Origin: Chiloscyllium plagiosum
Taxonomy: Eukaryota
Reading direction: 5' to 3'
Assembly (NCBI RefSeq): GCF_004010195.1
Contig: NC_057719.1
Coordinates: 55,572,000 to 55,635,999 of the forward strand
DNA length: 64,000 nt
Under the pieces are notes generated by a model, which was not told where the DNA came from, searched no databases, and was given only the letters and a program-made list of their open reading frames with translations. The first letter of the stretch is position 1. Each line of letters starts with the position of its first letter. Made by a program: the position numbers and the translations under genes. Below, piece by piece: positions 60,165-64,000 of the stretch.

Positions 60165-62320
60165 CTGAATAACCAGGAATGCGACAATGCCAATCTGACC
60201 AAAGAACACACTCATCAACTGAACATACTGATCAAGACCTTTGATCCAGACCTTCAGAGTATCCTACATGCTCTCATCTCATGTACTTCTCCCAGAGGAG
60301 ATTTTTACTATCTTCTAAAGATACACAAAGCCAACACAACTGGACGTCGCATTATATCAGGCAACAGGGCTCTGTGTGAGAACCTAGAGGGCATCTTGAA
60401 ACCCATTGTACCAGGAAGCCCCAGCTCCTGTCACGACACTACGGATTTCTTAAAGAAACTTAGCACCCATGGACCAGTCGAATCAGGGACGTTCCTCATC
60501 ACAATGGACATTCTGGCACTCCATAACAGCATCCCCATGATGATGGCATTGCTGCAACAGCCTCAGTACTCAACACCAACAAGTGCCAATCTCCTGATGC
60601 CATCCTACAAATGCCATCCATTTCATCCTCATCCACAACGTTTTTACCTTCAACAATCAGATCTTCATCCAGACACATGGAATAGCCATGGGGATCAAAT
60701 TTTCACCCCAATATGCAAATATTTTCATGCACAATATCGAGCAAGACTTCTTTGCTGTGCAGGGCCTCCAACCAATGCTATACACTAGAAACATTAATAA
60801 CATTTTCTTCTTTTGGGTACATGGCGAGTAGTCACTGAAATCACCACACAGGGAGACCAACAAGTTTCATCCCACCATTAGATTTATCATTGACTACTCT
60901 TCAGAATCAGTCTCATCCTTGGACACATACATCTCCAACAAGGATGGACACTTCAGTACCTCACTCTACTGCAAGCCCACAGATTACCTCACAATGCTGC
61001 ACTTCTCTAGCTTCCACCCTAAATATATTAAAGAAGCCATCCCCTATGGACAAGCTCTGCGCATACACTGGATCTGCTCAGATGAGGAGGAATGCGACAG
61101 ACACCTAAAGATTTTGAAGGACATCCTCATAAGAAAGGGATATGCTGCTCAACTCAACCACTTCTGATGTGCCACACTGAAAAACTGCAATGACCTCCTC
61201 AGAACATAAACACAAAATACACTTTTAGAGGACCCTTCATCATCCAGTACTTCCCCAGAGTGGGGAAGCCATGTTCTTCAGTTTTCAGTCTTCAACGTGT
61301 CAATGATGATGATGAGCATCTCGCCTTCAATCAACCTCCAAACCTCCAAAAGACCATCATTCACAGCAAGCCACCCAGCCTCCAGGACATTGACCATAAC
61401 ACCACACAACCCTGCCAAGACAAGCTCTGCAAGACATGGCAGATCATCAATATGGATACTACCATCACATGTGGGAACACCACCCACCACATACTTGGCA
61501 GATACTCATGTGACTCTTCCAGCGTTGTCTATCTCATATACTGCAGGCAAGGATGCCCCGAGACATGGTACATTGGTGAGAACATGCAGACGCTACCACA
61601 ACAGATGAATGGACACCGCACAACAATGGCCAGACAGGGACGTTCCCTCCTAGATGGAGAATAGTTCAGCAATCAGGGACACTCAGCCTCTGATAAAGGA
61701 GAAGTGTTTTGCAAGGTGTTCTTCAAGATACACAACAACACAGAGTTGCCAAGCAGAAACTGATAGCCAAGTTCTGTACCCATGAAATGGCCTCAACCAT
61801 GATCTTGGGCTCATTCCGCGCTACATGTAACCCCACCGCACTGTTCAGTATCTGTAAAATCTTCCTTACTGTATTGTCTTAACACCATCACCTTGATAAT
61901 TTGTTATGATCTCTCTACCTTAATTGGTTTGTACAGTTTTGGATTACTGGTTACTTTGGTTAGAGTTTCGGCATGCGACTCTTATACCTATCATGTTATT
62001 CCAGTCATTTGGTTTGTCTCCAACACCACCTTCTTTTTAATTTTTCATAATTATCTCTCTGCCTCAGTTAATCAGATCATAGATCATCTCTTTACTTGTT
62101 ATTCAGCCGTTGATGGTTTACTCACACTGTCTAACACTTTTGATCACCTGCAGAGACATTTTATTCGACGCTCCACTCACACCAGTTACATGATCTTTTG
62201 ATCTCTCCGTCTATAATTCTGTATCTGTGTGCTTCACTCTCACTGCACCTGACGAAGTCCGAAGGCTTGTGATTTCAAATAAACCTGTTGGATTATGACC
62301 TGGTGTCAGTTGACTTCTGA
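60165..62320 (+). mobile_element. Penelope-like retroelement (RT + GIY-YIG, frameshifted) with 3' terminal repeat
   Basis: DTTDFLKKL..MDILALHNSIP, GIAMGIKFSPQYANIFM, SLYCKPTD..HFSSFHP..IPYGQALR and YCRQGCPETWYIGE..MNGHR. Terminal repeat cacctgacgaag..cgaaggcttgtgatttcaaataaacctgttgg at ~62246-62318. Confidence 0.9.
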
Positions 62321-63441
62321 TGTTATTCTTTATGAGATTGTAAGATGTATCCACCTAAAAACTTACATGATTTGTCATCTCCATACGTAGACTGCGCATG
62401 CTGGGAATCCAAGTTCATGCAATCTGTAGTTGTCAAAAATATTGTGAATATGTTCAAAAACCAACTTTAAAGTATAATGTTCCTCCTCCCATCATTGTGA
62501 ACAGTACTACATGCTTATAAAGTATTTCACCCTCGTGGCAAGATATTCCATGACTATGTTTTCTATGCGGAAACACCCATTGTTTATAAATTCAATGTTC
62601 ATTTCGGTATTTTCATTTAATATAAATAGTATAGCGTTGTTGAAAAATGTAATACTATGTTTAACTACAAAAAAAGAAATTTGAAGTCCCTTCAAACATA
62701 ATGCTTGGAATTCAATCAGTGCTCATTAAAAAAATGTTGAACCGCAATGTGAAAGCATTATTGTAAATTAAGCCAGAGAGAAAGAACTTCGGAGCAGCCT
62801 TGTCAGGTTACTTCACGGTAAGATTTCAGGTGTGCAGCCATGCATATCTTTAGTGTCCTCAGATAAACATCTTCTCTGTTTAGGAAAATATTCTCATGCT
62901 CAGCATTTAACTGACATCAACCTTTAGAGCCTGGAGCAGAGTGAACTGACTCCAGAGACATTTGAGACGATGCGCACAGGAGGGCAATGAATACAAAGAC
63001 CACCAGCTGAAATTCCATGGAAGGCTTTAGTCACTGAATGAAGGGCAGAAACCTGGAAGAAATGAGAAAAGTAAAAACAACCTGTATACATTTGCCCAAC
63101 TGTTGTGCTTATTTGTATTTTGTTTGTTTTTCTAAACCAGAACCATTAAATACTGAGGATGGTAAAAAATATGAAACAAAAACAGAAAATGCTGAAATAC
63201 GCAAAATCAAGCAGCAATTATGGAGTGAGAAAGAGTGGGTAAAATCTTAATGCAGCTGTCCTATTCACAATGAAGTGAGGGAGGAACACAGTCATATTAT
63301 GCTTTTTAATTCAGTCAGAGAATTGGCATCCTCCTTCTGTCACAAAGAAGGAAGCAAGTTTGAACTGTAGTCACTGTTCTAATGTAGGTAATGCAGCAAC
63401 CAATGTGCACAGAGTAATCTCATAGACTGCAGTATGATAAT

Positions 63442-64000
63442 GGGAGAAAGTGAGGACTGCAGATGCTGGAGATCAGAGCTGAAAATGTATTGGTGGAAAA
63501 GCGCAGCAGGTCAGGCAGCATCCAAGGAGCAGGAGAATTGACGTTTCGGGCAAAGTCCTTCTTCAGGAATGAGGAGGGTGTGCCAAGCAGGCTAAGATAA
63601 AAGGTAGGGAGGAGGGACATGGGGGAGGGGTGTTGGGAATGCGATAGGTGGAAGGAGGTTAAGGTGAGGGTGATAGGCCAGAGATGGGGTGGGGGCGCAG
63701 AGGTCGGGAAGAAGATTGCAGGTCAAGAAGGCGATGCTGAGTCCGAGGGTTGGGACTGAGATAAGGTGGGGATGGGGAAATGGGAAGCTGGAGAAATCTG
63801 CATTCATCCCTTGTGGTTGGAGGGTTCCTAGGTGGAAGATGAGGCGCTCTTCCTCCAGGCGTCTGTTGCCATTGGTCTGGCGATGGAGGAGGCCAAGGAC
63901 CTGCATGTCCTTGGCGGAGTGGGAGGGGGAGTTAAAGTGTTCAGCCACGGGGTGGTTGGGTTGGTTGGTGCGGGTGTCCCAGAGGTGTTTTCTGAAACGT
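63442..64000 (-). mobile_element. Penelope-like element 3' end (GIY-YIG C-terminus, 3' UTR, terminal repeat with hammerhead)
   Basis: AEHFNSPSHS..MQVLGLLH..RRLEEERLIFHLGTLQPQGMN. The minus strand at ~63537-63570 reads attcCTGAAGAaggactttgcccGAAAcGTCaat. Confidence 0.9.

Overview
This is eukaryotic, repeat-dense vertebrate DNA, almost certainly from an elasmobranch (shark), based on HE1-type V-SINEs, HER1/CR1-type LINEs and shark-type Penelope repeats. I could not identify any host protein-coding gene with confidence, so the window looks intronic or intergenic. All recognisable ORFs are transposon-derived. They come from CR1-group, Rex1/Babar-like and RTE-like LINEs, Penelope-like elements (RT + GIY-YIG), two decayed Ty3/Gypsy elements and two PIF/Harbinger transposase remnants. 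There are also several solo-LTR-like insertions and a 797-nt assembly gap. The most notable structures are: (1) many minimal hammerhead-ribozyme motifs from at least four sequence families, mostly in Penelope terminal repeats and often in short fold-back units with 8-16 bp target-site duplications; (2) a ~1.5 kb TGTTGTA...TACAACA long-U3 LTR-like insert splitting a Gypsy RT; (3) a 5x52-bp tandem array of a SINE tRNA head; (4) a tRNA-Cys-derived pseudogene with a GTA anticodon; (5) a young CR1 LINE with its RT domain cleanly deleted. All family names come from my recognition of motifs, not from database searches, and boundaries of decayed repeats are approximate.
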